Assembly: GCA_965221905.1 (NCBI GenBank)
Contig: OZ244922.1
Coordinates: forward strand, 3,168,001 to 3,232,000
Length of the DNA stretch: 64,000 nucleotides
Direction of reading: 5' to 3'
Origin: Chloroflexota bacterium
GTDB lineage: Bacteria; Chloroflexota; UBA11872; VXOZ01
The notes under the pieces are model-generated. The model searched no databases. It was not told the DNA's origin and saw only the letters and a list, made by a program, of their open reading frames with translations. Positions 1-10,115 of this stretch are shown in pieces (position 1 is the stretch's first letter; each line of letters begins with the position of its first letter). A program made the translations under genes and the position numbers.

Positions 1-4
1 TCTA

Positions 5-256
5 ATGATGACAGAGCCCAATCTCAGGGTTGTGGAGGCGGTGCGGACACTCGCGCAAGAGTACGACACCACGCCCAGCGCTATCGCCTTGGCGTGGGTG
101 CTGGCGAAGCCATTTGTGTCATCCGCCATTATCGGGCCCAAGAATTCGATGCAACTGGAGGACAACCTGGCAGCGGCAGATGTGACACTCGCGCCCGAAG
201 AGGTTGCACAGCTCGATGCAGTCTCCGACTTTGCCCGCAACCACGTACGTTGGTAA
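5..256 (+). CDS. Aldo/keto reductase, C-terminal part (gene starts before the window)
   Basis: TPSAIALAWVL...AIIGPKNSMQLEDNLAAADVTL is the typical AKR C-terminus; frame is open to the window edge. Confidence 0.85.
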   Translation: MMTEPNLRVVEAVRTLAQEYDTTPSAIALAWVLAKPFVSSAIIGPKNSMQLEDNLAAADVTLAPEEVAQLDAVSDFARNHVRW

Positions 257-472
257 GTGCGGCAACGTAGAGTGGTTCGCAACGACATTACGTCCTTCTT
301 CGCGAAATTGCCTTGCTCCGTTCCCGGCTTCAAGCTTATCGTCTTAGCCCGCTGCACAGATTCTTACCGGCTCAAACCTCTTATCGGAATCGTTACGGTG
401 TGTGCCTCGGCAGCGCAATTGGGCTACTCTTAAAGCTATGCAGACTGCTAGCACCACACCGGCGGGCGCGCC

Positions 473-2224
473 GTGAATAGGCTTTTCACGTTACTTGCAA
501 ACAGGACGCGCCTGTTACTCGCGTTCCTCATTTGCTTGGGGGTGCTCTTGGGCGCGCTCCAACTCCACCCGCACCTGGGGCTCTTCAACGACGACGCCGA
601 GTATCTCGTGCTTGGAGAGGCCCTCGCCAGCGGACAGGGTTACACGTGGGCGAACGATCCGCTGCAGCCGCCGCACAACAAATACCCACCGGGATACCCG
701 CTAGCGGTCGCGGGTGTACTGCTGCTTACCGGCCACGCCGACGACGCCAACGGCGGCATCATTCCCGCCAAACTGCTGACTCTCTTGGCCTTTGCGGGGG
801 CACTAGTCCTGTTGTGGTTGCTGTTATCCCGCACGCAGCGCGAGCCGGGATTCGAGCCATTGCTCGCGGTGGGGCTATTCGCCGTCAACCCCTTCGTGCT
901 TGAGTACGCAGTGCAGATCATGTCCGAACTGCCCTACACGTTGCTCTCGCTCCTCGCCCTCTGGGCAGCAACACGCTACGGCCCGGAACGCCATGCCTCA
1001 GCGAGACAAAACCCCCACCCAGACCCGCATACCCACTCAAACATCCAATCCTCTGCACTCCGTCATTCCCGCGAAAGCGGGAATCCACCGTCCGATAGAG
1101 GCGAAAACTCGATTGCCGCGAGCCAAGCCCCACCAATCGCCGCGACCGAACGCACAACGACCCGGCGCCGCATCCCGTGGCGCCAACTCCTGTTGCTCGC
1201 CATTTTGGCAGTGCTCTGCTATTACGTGCGAGGCGTGGGTGCAACTGTGGTGGTCAGTTTGGTACTTTGGCTGCTCCTTCACCGTCAGATGCGCGGAGCC
1301 ATCGTGATCGGAGGTGTGAGTGCGGTGCTCATCGGCCTGTGGCAGGTGCGCAACGCTATTACCTTGCCCGTCACGATCTACTCATATCAGTTCTTCCTGA
1401 AAGACCAAGAGAACTTTTCCGCGGGCACCATTGGATTCACTGATCTCCTTGCGCGCATTGCGAGCAACATGGAGCACTATGTGCTGGCGGGATTCCTGGA
1501 TGTCGATCGGCCCGGACTCGGCATTATCGTTAGTGTGATCGCGGGAGTAGGCTGGCTAATCGCCGCATTCGGCTGGGGCATCCAACTCAGGCGGCAGTTC
1601 TCGCTCGTGGCCGTATACACATTCGTCTACCTGGGCGTCGTGTTCATCTGGTCCTATGCCAGTGGGCGCTTTCTCATCCCAGTCATCCCGTTTCTGGGCT
1701 ACTACGGTCTCATTGGCGGACGCGTACTCTTGGAGCGCGCTTTCGCCCCGCGCGCGACGCAGGGCATCATAGTGACCGGCGTCTCCCTCTTGATCGCCAT
1801 GCTGGTCTTGGCAAACGGTGTGTACATTCGCACCAATGTCGAGCGTTGGAGCAGCGACCCAGCCCAGTACTACCGTTTCGATTCGCAGTGGTCGTCGTAT
1901 ATCCAATCAGCACAGTGGCTCCGGGAGAATCTCAGCCAGGAAGACGTCATCTTGGCGCGGCGCCACTTTGCTATGTATGTGTACAGCAGCCGCTTGACTG
2001 CAAAGTACCGTTACGACACCGACGACTATGAGATAGGCTACTTGCTGAGCGGCACGGCGACCAAGTTTGTGGTGGAAGACGCATTCGCCGGCGCGCGGGG
2101 CGACTTTTCATTGCTGCCGCCGGCATTGGCAGCAATTGACGGCGGTCTGGAGCTCGTCTACACCACGCCCCGCGATCCTCCCGTCCGTGTGTGGCGTCTG
2201 GAGCGACCTCCAGGCGCAAGATGA
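473..2224 (+). CDS. GT-C fold integral-membrane glycosyltransferase (ArnT/PMT-like)
   Basis: DDAEY in first loop, KYPPGYP, MSELPY and RFLIP motifs, many TM segments. Confidence 0.7.
   Translation: MNRLFTLLANRTRLLLAFLICLGVLLGALQLHPHLGLFNDDAEYLVLGEALASGQGYTWANDPLQPPHNKYPPGYPLAVAGVLLLTGHADDANGGIIPAKLLTLLAFAGALVLLWLLLSRTQREPGFEPLLAVGLFAVNPFVLEYAVQIMSELPYTLLSLLALWAATRYGPERHASARQNPHPDPHTHSNIQSSALRHSRESGNPPSDRGENSIAASQAPPIAATERTTTRRRIPWRQLLLLAILAVLCYYVRGVGATVVVSLVLWLLLHRQMRGAIVIGGVSAVLIGLWQVRNAITLPVTIYSYQFFLKDQENFSAGTIGFTDLLARIASNMEHYVLAGFLDVDRPGLGIIVSVIAGVGWLIAAFGWGIQLRRQFSLVAVYTFVYLGVVFIWSYASGRFLIPVIPFLGYYGLIGGRVLLERAFAPRATQGIIVTGVSLLIAMLVLANGVYIRTNVERWSSDPAQYYRFDSQWSSYIQSAQWLRENLSQEDVILARRHFAMYVYSSRLTAKYRYDTDDYEIGYLLSGTATKFVVEDAFAGARGDFSLLPPALAAIDGGLELVYTTPRDPPVRVWRLERPPGAR
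1061..1087. repeat. Half REP/RPE-like palindrome (GTCATTCC family) inside the glycosyltransferase ORF
   Basis: cgtcattcccgcgaaagcgggaatcca; same family as the intergenic copies at 15083 and 45842. Confidence 0.8.
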
Positions 2225-2328
2225 AGAATCATTCGGATATCTCGTAGGATGCCTACGCTCCCGAAAGCAGCCTATCAGTCACAGGGCGGCCGGACGTTAA
2301 AGGACATCAGTCGGGACGATTGAAAACG

Positions 2329-3258
2329 TCAATCGGGGCGACTGAAGATGTCAATGAAAAAGGCGGCGACGCGCTCGACGTATGCGTCGCCAAGCACTTG
2401 ATGTGAGCGGACGTGGCCGGCGTCCGGTACAATCAAAATCTCCTTTGGCCCCTCTGCAGCCAGATAGAGTTGGTAGGCATCTTGCACGAAGACGACGTCG
2501 TCTTCCGTACCGTGAATGATCAGAATAGGGCAGGGCGCGATCTGCTTGATCCGAGCCAACGGTTGTACGACGCCGAGCACCTCATTCAGTCCCACACCGG
2601 CAAACCGGCTTGCAAACCATACCGTCGGTGTGCGAAATACAGACGGCGGCAGATTGGCAATTCTGCGAAAGCCGTGGTCTATAGCTCCTTTGAGTGTCGC
2701 GAACGCGCTGTCGGTCACTAAGGCGCGGACCCCACGCCCCTCCTTGATCGTGAGGAGCGCCGTCGCAGCACCCATTGAAACACCGTACACGCCGATGCGG
2801 TCCGGGTCCACGTCGCGGCGCGAGCGGAGGTATTCCAGCGCTCCCAGCACGTCCCGCTGCTCCCACAGCCCCAGTGTCGTCGCATCTCCTTCGCTCATCC
2901 CATGTCCGCGAAAATCAAGTAGAAGGCACTGTAGATCCTGCGCGAACAGGTCGTAAGCCAGGTGCACCAATCCGAAGTGATTTGTGCCAAAGCCATGGAG
3001 CATCAGCAAGGTACCGCGGGGCCGCGGATGCGCGAGAAACCAACCGGCGAGCCGCGTGCCGTCGGTAGCCGGGAAGGCCAGCGGTTCTAGCGCAGGCTCC
3101 GCTGCGGGCAGTTCATCGAGCCGCCAGCTACGGTTAGGGTGAATGAGGTTATTCCCTGTGCGCGCAGATATTCTTAGCACCGTGCCGACCGCTACAATTG
3201 CGACCAAGCCGACAACCACGATTATCTGAATGTAAAGGCCGGTTAACGCTTGAAGCAC
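2329..3258 (-). CDS. Membrane-anchored alpha/beta hydrolase
   Basis: N-terminal TM, LHGF, DFRGHG, GVSMG nucleophile elbow, HGTEDD, AGH. Confidence 0.9.
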   Translation of the reverse strand: MLQALTGLYIQIIVVVGLVAIVAVGTVLRISARTGNNLIHPNRSWRLDELPAAEPALEPLAFPATDGTRLAGWFLAHPRPRGTLLMLHGFGTNHFGLVHLAYDLFAQDLQCLLLDFRGHGMSEGDATTLGLWEQRDVLGALEYLRSRRDVDPDRIGVYGVSMGAATALLTIKEGRGVRALVTDSAFATLKGAIDHGFRRIANLPPSVFRTPTVWFASRFAGVGLNEVLGVVQPLARIKQIAPCPILIIHGTEDDVVFVQDAYQLYLAAEGPKEILIVPDAGHVRSHQVLGDAYVERVAAFFIDIFSRPD

Positions 3259-3552
3259 GCTCTTCTACTCTCTTCACTCAGACTTTCAAATTCATCGTAT
3301 CAGTAATCTTTGCTTCGTCGCTTGCGGCTGCCTGGGAGACCAGACAGTCTCCCAGTGAAGAGGCATGCAATGGGAAAACGAGAGAGTGCGAATTGGACGG
3401 ATGAATTGGTGTCATGTCAACTGCCGGCATAGTGGGCGCCGCAACGGGGAAGTCGATTGAGCCGAGATCGAGGGCAACTCTGCATGGGCGTATCGGCACG
3501 CCGCGCCACCTGCCAAGCAAGCAATGTCGGCGCGTGATATTCAGCATCACAC

Positions 3553-3580
3553 GTAGGGGCACGACAGGTCGTGCCCCTAC
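3553..3580. repeat. GTAG-type REP palindrome
   Basis: gtaggggcacgacaggtcgtgcccctac; copies at 13752, 20723, 47649. Confidence 0.85.
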
Positions 3581-3675
3581 GGTGGCAGACCCAGCACAAT
3601 TGGGAGCGGAAGGGATCGGAGGCGCTGCTCGGACGTACTTGACGCTCCCCTATGGCGGGGATATGATTAAGCAGG

Positions 3676-3747
3676 TGGGGCGTCGCCAAGCGGTAAGGCA
3701 CGGGCCTTTGGAGCCCGCATACGTAGGTTCGAATCCTACCGCCCCAG
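3676..3747 (+). tRNA. tRNA-Gln(TTG), CCA not encoded
   Basis: Acceptor tggggcg/cgcccca, anticodon arm cgggc-ctTTGga-gcccg, T loop ggttcgaatcc. Confidence 0.95.
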
Positions 3748-3899
3748 CCGCGAGTATGCGAGCGGCGCAAAAGGAGGAAGGGTGTAGGCGGATTGCGCGT
3801 CCGTAGGACGACAGACTGCGTCCGTAGGACGACAGCAACGCTAAGCGACACGAATCCGGCACATGCTGCCGGGGCGTGGTACGCGCTGCCTTCTAACCC

Positions 3900-5306
3900 A
3901 TGACAGAGAGCGACCCGGACCCTCACCAATCCACTGCCGCTATCATCTTGGCTACCGGCCAATCAGAGCGGATGCAGTCTCAACGCGCTACGGTCTTGCA
4001 TGCGCTTGCCGGTCGCCCCATGGCTGTATACCCTGCGCAATCAGCGCGTAAAGCTGGCTGTTCTCCCCTGGTAGCAGCCTGTACTGCTGACACTGTTCAG
4101 TTGCAGGACTTCTTTGGCCCCGCAACTACCTGTGCGCTCCCGACGGACGTGAACCGGCTGGAAGCGGCAGTCGCCGCGATACCGGATACCCGCAGTTCGC
4201 TCTTGGTTGTCTCGGGCGCCATGCCGCTCCTCTCCCATGAGACGATGTCTCGTCTCATTCAGTGCCGGCAAGAGACCTCCGCTCCGGTTGTATTGCTTTC
4301 AAATCCGCACCCAGACCCCACGTACGGTGGTTGCGGCATCATTCGCGACTCCACCGGTCGAGTCCGATGTGTGCTTGCGGATGAAGACCCGAGCGTTGGG
4401 GACGCTCCGTTGGAAATCGTCAGCACCGGCGTGGCGTGCGTAGCGCGTGCATGGCTTTGGGAACACCGCAGCGCCGTGCAGGCGCAAGACGAACTCTTTG
4501 TCGCTTCCCTTCTGGCGCTTGCCATAGCCGAGGGAATCCCTGTGGAAACAGTGTGCCTTACGGGCGCGGCAGTCGAATTGCTCCAAATCAGGGACCGTGC
4601 AGACTTGGCCCTCGCCGAGAGTACGCTGCGCAAACGGATACGCGCGCGGGCGATGCGCGGCGGCGTAACCCTGGTAGACCCGGCGACGACCTGGATCGAT
4701 GACACGGTGACGTTCGGGCAGGACATTACGGTATTGCCGAACTGTCACCTGTACGGCGATTCTGCCGTAGGAGACAACTGTACGATCGGGCCCGGTACCC
4801 GTCTGCAGGACACACGCCTCGCGGCTAATGTAACCGCTATGGAGTCGGTGCTGGAGGGCGCGGAAGTCAGCGAAAACGTGCGCATCGGCCCTTTCGCCCA
4901 CCTGCGGCCGGGGACAGTGATCGGCCACGATGTGGAAATCGGCAACTACGCCGAACTCAAGAATACCCGGGTTAGTCCCGGCGCTAAGATACACCACGTG
5001 GGCTACCTAGGTGATACAGTAGTCGGAAACAACGCAAACATTGGCGCCGGCGCCATCACATGCAACTATGACGGTGCGGTGAAGCATGAGACCGAGATAG
5101 GAGACGGCGCTTTTGTGGGCAGCGGCACGTTGCTGGTAGCGCCGGTGCGGGTGGGCAGCAATGCGATGACGGGTGCGGGTTCCGTGGTCACGCGGGATGT
5201 GCCTCCGTCGGTGAAAGCCTATGGCGTGCCGGCACGCGTGCGGGGGATGCGCGCGCTGCCTGCGGAAGACGAGCAGCCGCTACCGGACGAAAAGCGTGGC
5301 GCATGA
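3900..5306 (+). CDS. glmU: GlmU-like protein; acetyltransferase LbH domain intact, uridyltransferase domain divergent
   Basis: IGPFAHLRP, IGNYAELK, HVGYLGD, NIGAGAITCNYDG; located next to tRNA-Gln. Confidence 0.88.
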   Translation: MTESDPDPHQSTAAIILATGQSERMQSQRATVLHALAGRPMAVYPAQSARKAGCSPLVAACTADTVQLQDFFGPATTCALPTDVNRLEAAVAAIPDTRSSLLVVSGAMPLLSHETMSRLIQCRQETSAPVVLLSNPHPDPTYGGCGIIRDSTGRVRCVLADEDPSVGDAPLEIVSTGVACVARAWLWEHRSAVQAQDELFVASLLALAIAEGIPVETVCLTGAAVELLQIRDRADLALAESTLRKRIRARAMRGGVTLVDPATTWIDDTVTFGQDITVLPNCHLYGDSAVGDNCTIGPGTRLQDTRLAANVTAMESVLEGAEVSENVRIGPFAHLRPGTVIGHDVEIGNYAELKNTRVSPGAKIHHVGYLGDTVVGNNANIGAGAITCNYDGAVKHETEIGDGAFVGSGTLLVAPVRVGSNAMTGAGSVVTRDVPPSVKAYGVPARVRGMRALPAEDEQPLPDEKRGA

Positions 5307-5396
5307 AAGACTAACGGTCAGAGGTGTGTTTTAGAGACGTACTCGTTTGCGTCCAGGGGTGGTACGGCAGGAAGGGTGTGCTTTAGTAAGGAGTAA

Positions 5397-6713
5397 TTGA
5401 TTTTGGATCCGTCAAGTTGGGGTCAGATTCTCGGCATTCTTATCCTAACGCTATTCAACGGGTTCTTTGCAGCGACAGAAACCTCGGTTATTTCCGTAAG
5501 CCGCGCGCGCATCCAGCAACTGGCGGATGAGGGCGTTAGAAACGCGCGCATCGTTAAGGGCTTTCACCAGAATATCGAGCGATTCCTCACGACTATCCAG
5601 ATCGCGATCACGACGGTCGGGTTCCTCGCGTCCGCTATTGGCGCAGTGAGCTTCTCGGACGACCTGGGTCGCGTCATCGGCAACGACCTGATCGCCCTCA
5701 TTTTGATCACGATGACGATTGCCTTCGTCAGCATTGTCTTGGGCGAAATCGTGCCCAAGACAATGGCTATCACCCATGCCGAGCGCTTTGCCTTGCTCTC
5801 GGCACGGGTGATATTGGTCACACAATCGGCCTTTCATCCGCTCGTCTGGCTAATTTCCCACGCGAGCAATCTCATCACGCACCGCTTTGGACGCGAGGCG
5901 CTGACTGCGGTGCCCACGGTCACGGAAGAAGAGATCAAGCTGATGGTGGACACCGGCGGCAAGGAGGGAGTGATCGAAGAAGGCGAGCGCGAGATGATCC
6001 ACGGCGTGTTTGAACTGGGCGAGTTGACCGTCGGTGACATCATGTCTCCCCGTGTCGATATCGTGACCTTGGAGGGTGACAGCACACTGTCCGATGCTAT
6101 CCGCACTTCCTCTGAACATGGCTATTCCCGCATCCCGGTCTATGAAGAGACGATTGACAACATAAAGGGGGTAGTTTATGTCAAGGACATGCTCCCCTAT
6201 GTGGAAGCGGACAAGCTCGATACGCTCGTGCGTGACGTGATGCGTGAGCCGTACTTCGTGCCTGAATCGAAAAAGCTAAGCGACTTCTTGCAGGAGATGC
6301 AGCAGAAGCGAGTGCACGCCGCGATTTGCGTTGACGAGTTCGGCGGCGTTGCCGGCCTCGTGACCATTGAAGACGTGCTTGAAGAGATCGTGGGGGAGAT
6401 TCAGGACGAGCACGACGCGGAAGAACCGCGCGTCGAAATGGTGAATGATTTGGAAGCCGTGGTGGACCCAACGGTCAGCATGCACGACTTGAATGATATA
6501 CTCGGCATCAGCCTTGAGAATGAAGAGGTGGATACCCTGGGCGGAGTGATCTTTGCGCACCTCGGCCGCATGGCTGACGAGGGAGATGAACTCAAATTCG
6601 ATGGCGTTACGGTCTCAGTGTTAACCGTCGAAGGTACGCGCATCAAGAAAGTTCTCGTGCGCAAGGAGCCGCGCTCAGGACAGGATCAAGAAGGCGCTGA
6701 GACGAATGATTGA
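5397..6713 (+). CDS. Hemolysin/CNNM (DUF21)-CBS-CorC family protein
   Basis: NGFFAATE, GEIVPK, MSPRVD, GYSRIPVY, DEFGGVAGLVTIEDVLEEIVGEI. Confidence 0.93.
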   Translation: MILDPSSWGQILGILILTLFNGFFAATETSVISVSRARIQQLADEGVRNARIVKGFHQNIERFLTTIQIAITTVGFLASAIGAVSFSDDLGRVIGNDLIALILITMTIAFVSIVLGEIVPKTMAITHAERFALLSARVILVTQSAFHPLVWLISHASNLITHRFGREALTAVPTVTEEEIKLMVDTGGKEGVIEEGEREMIHGVFELGELTVGDIMSPRVDIVTLEGDSTLSDAIRTSSEHGYSRIPVYEETIDNIKGVVYVKDMLPYVEADKLDTLVRDVMREPYFVPESKKLSDFLQEMQQKRVHAAICVDEFGGVAGLVTIEDVLEEIVGEIQDEHDAEEPRVEMVNDLEAVVDPTVSMHDLNDILGISLENEEVDTLGGVIFAHLGRMADEGDELKFDGVTVSVLTVEGTRIKKVLVRKEPRSGQDQEGAETND

Positions 6714-7032
6714 GGCGAGATGGGATAGCCAAGAGCGAATGTATATCCTTTATCCCATCACGAACACGGCCAAACGAAATAAGTGATGTGGGCAAGATTG
6801 CGTGTCCAACTTAAAGGAGCCCACGGTATTGCTGAACCCTTGCGGCTCTGCATTTGAGAAACGCAACAAGGCTGTGAGTGAGACAACTCGCAGCCTTACG
6901 TAATTCAGACAGCAATTGGTAAACGGAGTGCGGTTGAGAGGGACACGAGGCAAACACCAAGCACACCGCTTTACCGCTGTTTGGCATGTGCGTCTGGCGA
7001 TCTCGCTTTTCTGCGATACTTGATGAAGCTCT

Positions 7033-7797
7033 ATGGCGAAAGAACGTACCTACATTGCGGAAGCGCTAGTTCTGCGGCGGTCGGACTTCTTAGAAGCAGA
7101 TAGGCGCCTGACGCTGCTTACGCCCGACCGCGGACGGCTGAACGTGGTCGCCAAAGGGGTGCGCAGGCCGGCAAGCCGCATGGCGGGGCACCTGGAACTC
7201 TTCACGCTCGCCAAGGTGTTTGTAGTGCGACGCCGCAGCCTGGACCTGGTGGTGCAGGCCGAAACCGTGGAAACCTTCCCCCATCTGCGCACCGACCTCA
7301 ACCGCTTGCCATATGCCTATCAAGCCATAGAGACGGCCCATATCCTGGTTGAAGAAGAGGTGGAATCCCACACGGAGTTCATCTTGCTACTAAAGGCCCT
7401 GGGCGCGCTGGCAGCAACCAATGCCTTGCCGCTGGTCTTAGTAGCCTATAAACTACAACTATTGGCAAGTCTTGGGTATCAGGCCCAACTCCAAGAGTGC
7501 GCGCGGTGCGGCAAGCCGCTCTCAGATGACGGCAACCGGGTGCGCCCGGATACCGGTGGCGTGGTGTGCGCGCCCTGCGGTGGAGTCTCCGGCCTGGCGA
7601 TTGCGGTGCGCACGATCAAGTGCCTACGCTGGTTGGCGCGCGAACCCCTGCAGACCGTTGAGCGCCTGCAGGTCGACCCGGCTACAACCGTCCAACTTGA
7701 ACAGACCGCAGATGCGTTTGTGCGCTACATCGCCGAGCAGGACTTGAAAACCGCGCCCTTTATGGAACGTATGCGTGCGCTAAAGACTCAGTCGTGA
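7033..7797 (+). CDS. recO: DNA repair protein RecO
   Basis: EADRRLTLLTPDRG..VAKGVR N-terminus; CxxC...CxxC zinc finger. Confidence 0.93.
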   Translation: MAKERTYIAEALVLRRSDFLEADRRLTLLTPDRGRLNVVAKGVRRPASRMAGHLELFTLAKVFVVRRRSLDLVVQAETVETFPHLRTDLNRLPYAYQAIETAHILVEEEVESHTEFILLLKALGALAATNALPLVLVAYKLQLLASLGYQAQLQECARCGKPLSDDGNRVRPDTGGVVCAPCGGVSGLAIAVRTIKCLRWLAREPLQTVERLQVDPATTVQLEQTADAFVRYIAEQDLKTAPFMERMRALKTQS

Positions 7798-7808
7798 AGG
7801 GAATCACG

Positions 7809-9146
7809 TTGGCAGCAAAATCAGATGTAATGGAAGAAATCGTTAGTTTGTGTAAGCGGCGGGGATTTGTCTATCCCTCCAGCGAAATCTACGGTGGTTT
7901 CGAGAGCTTCTGGGACTACGGGCCGCTGGGGATTGCGCTGAAACGCAATGTGCGCGAGGCCTGGTGGCACAATACCGTCCGTGCGCGAGAGAATGTGGTC
8001 GGCATTGAGACCGGAGTCGTGATGAACCCCAATGTGTGGCGGACAACCGGCCACGCCTCCCACTTTGCCGATACGCTGGTGGAGTGCACGAGTTGCAACC
8101 AACGCTTTCGCGTGGACCATTTGGAAGGCGAAGAGTGTCCCAATTGCGGCGGTGACTTCACTGAGCCCCGCCGCTTCTTGACTATGTTCAAGACGTTCGT
8201 CGGCCCGGTGGAGGATGATTCTGCCGTTGCCTACCTGCGTCCCGAAACCGCCCAGGGCATGTTTGTGAACTTCAAGAACGTGCTCAATACGTCGCGGCTG
8301 CGTCTGCCCTTTGGCATCGCCCAGATCGGCAAGTCATACCGCAACGAGATTACGACCGGAAACTTCATCTTTCGCCAGCGGGAGTTCGAGCAGATGGAGT
8401 TGGAATTCTTCTGCGAGCCCGGCACCGATGACGAGTGGCACGCGTATTGGCTCGAGACTCGGCGCCAATGGTACCTAGCTTACGGCGTGAAAGAAGAAAA
8501 TATACGCTTGCGCCAGCATGGGGATGACGAACTTGCCTTCTATGCCAAGTACTGCTGGGACATCGAATATCAGTTCCCCTTTGGCTGGGGCGAGTTGGAG
8601 GGCATCTCCAACCGCACCGACTACGACCTGCGCAATCACAGCGAAGCCACCGGCCAGGACCTCACCTTCTACGACGAAGAGAAGAAAGAACACATCGTCC
8701 CCTACGTGATCGAGCCCGCCGCCGGAGCGGACCGCGCGCTGCTGACGTTCTTACTCGAAGCCTACGATATAGACGTAGACGCGAAAGGCGATTCACGTGT
8801 CGTGCTGCGGTTCCATCCGTTTCTCGCGCCGATCAAGGCGGCGGTCTTGCCGCTGGTGAAGAAAGGCGGCCTGCCGGACATCGCCAAAGAGATCGTGGCG
8901 GAATTGCAATTGCAATGGGAAGTCTTCTACGACGAAAGCGGCAGCATCGGTCGCCGCTACCGGCGGCAGGACGAGGTAGGTACGCCGTTCGGCATTACGG
9001 TGGACTTTCAAACCAAAGACGACGACACAGTGACCGTGCGCCACCGCGACAGCATGGAGCAGGAACGCGTGCCAATTGCGGAACTCACGGCCTTTATGGC
9101 ACAACACATTCGCCCTGAGCCGAATCCTGAACTGCCTTGCGGTTAA
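7809..9146 (+). CDS. glyQS: Glycine-tRNA ligase, alpha2 (GlyQS) type
   Basis: YLRPETAQG, QIGKSYRNEIT, REFEQMELE, VIEPAAG, SIGRRYRRQDE; TTG start inferred (GTG at 7794 possible). Confidence 0.96.
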   Translation: MAAKSDVMEEIVSLCKRRGFVYPSSEIYGGFESFWDYGPLGIALKRNVREAWWHNTVRARENVVGIETGVVMNPNVWRTTGHASHFADTLVECTSCNQRFRVDHLEGEECPNCGGDFTEPRRFLTMFKTFVGPVEDDSAVAYLRPETAQGMFVNFKNVLNTSRLRLPFGIAQIGKSYRNEITTGNFIFRQREFEQMELEFFCEPGTDDEWHAYWLETRRQWYLAYGVKEENIRLRQHGDDELAFYAKYCWDIEYQFPFGWGELEGISNRTDYDLRNHSEATGQDLTFYDEEKKEHIVPYVIEPAAGADRALLTFLLEAYDIDVDAKGDSRVVLRFHPFLAPIKAAVLPLVKKGGLPDIAKEIVAELQLQWEVFYDESGSIGRRYRRQDEVGTPFGITVDFQTKDDDTVTVRHRDSMEQERVPIAELTAFMAQHIRPEPNPELPCG

Positions 9147-9274
9147 GGGCCCCTCGTGATTCTTTCTGAAGATCTGGCACGCTCGTCGCCTTGCATCTGC
9201 ACTAAAGAGTAGGCTTTAGGCGTATGTTATACTGATATTGACGATAACTCAAAGTAGTTGCTTAAGGTCTGTCT

Positions 9275-9529
9275 ATGGCGATGTTTGATACGCACAAGGC
9301 GATAAAAACCCTTACGGGCACGGGCTTCAATGAATCCCAGGCTGAGGCGCTCGTGGACTTGGTGGGCGCAGAGCGAGGCGAACTCGTTACTAAGTCAGAC
9401 CTCCGGACAGAACTACAGGCGTTGGAATTGCGTATTGAAAAGCGATTTCACCAGTTAACGATTCAGCTTGTTTTGTTGTTTGTCGCGTTAGCAGGTGTGT
9501 TAACCGCACTGGAGCTAATACCGCAATAG
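9275..9529 (+). CDS. Small coiled-coil protein with C-terminal TM (DUF1640/CCDC90-like)
   Basis: FDTHKAIKTL..GF.E.QAEALV...LVTKSDL pattern. Confidence 0.75.
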   Translation: MAMFDTHKAIKTLTGTGFNESQAEALVDLVGAERGELVTKSDLRTELQALELRIEKRFHQLTIQLVLLFVALAGVLTALELIPQ

Positions 9530-9595
9530 CCTCTGGATTCATTTGGCTTCACCCGCGAAGGGCTTGAAGCGAGCAAGACACGTGAACGAGAATCT

Positions 9596-9628
9596 AAAAG
9601 CCCGCTACTGTCGTAGCGGGCTCTTTTT
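9596..9628. terminator. Bidirectional intrinsic terminator
   Basis: aaaagcccgctac-tgtc-gtagcgggctcttttt between convergent genes. Confidence 0.8.
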
Positions 9629-9650
9629 CCTAAAATACGGGCACACTCTT

Positions 9651-10115
9651 TCACCCAGCCTTGAGGCTCTCCGCGTATTCAGAAATGAATGCGTCGACCT
9701 TGTCGCCCTTCAAGTCTCCCGGGCGAAAGTCGCGCAGCGCTTGCACCGCATCCGCCGGCGCGTAGCCTTCGTACTTCACCAAATAACCTGCCAGGACCGT
9801 ACCGGCCCCGCCGAATCCGGAGCCTCAGTGGATGAGGGCTTTGTCGTCGCGCATGGCCGCCGCGTGCAGGGACTCAATGGCGGCATCGAGCGTCGCCAAA
9901 TCGCTGCTGGCGCCATCAAACTGATCGACGGTCATGCCCAGGCGTTCGATGGCGGCCGTATCCGGGTCCTTACTCGACGCGGCGACGATGTGCGTAATGC
10001 CCTGTGCTGCCACCGCGCGCAGTTCCTCCTCGGTATCCGGAAAACCGGAGGCGGCGAACTTGCCTTCCTCGAACCACTTGAAGATCTGTGGCAACGTCTG
10101 TGCATTCTCAGCCAT
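9651..10115 (-). CDS. PTP/dual-specificity-phosphatase-fold protein with in-frame TGA at the catalytic Cys codon (candidate selenoprotein; alternatively a pseudogene)
   Basis: FAASGFP...GITHIV...ALIH-TGA-GSGFGGAGTVLAGYLV...AVQALRDFRPG; frame stays open 57 codons past the TGA at 9827-9825; RBS gaaaggaagg. Confidence 0.75.
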
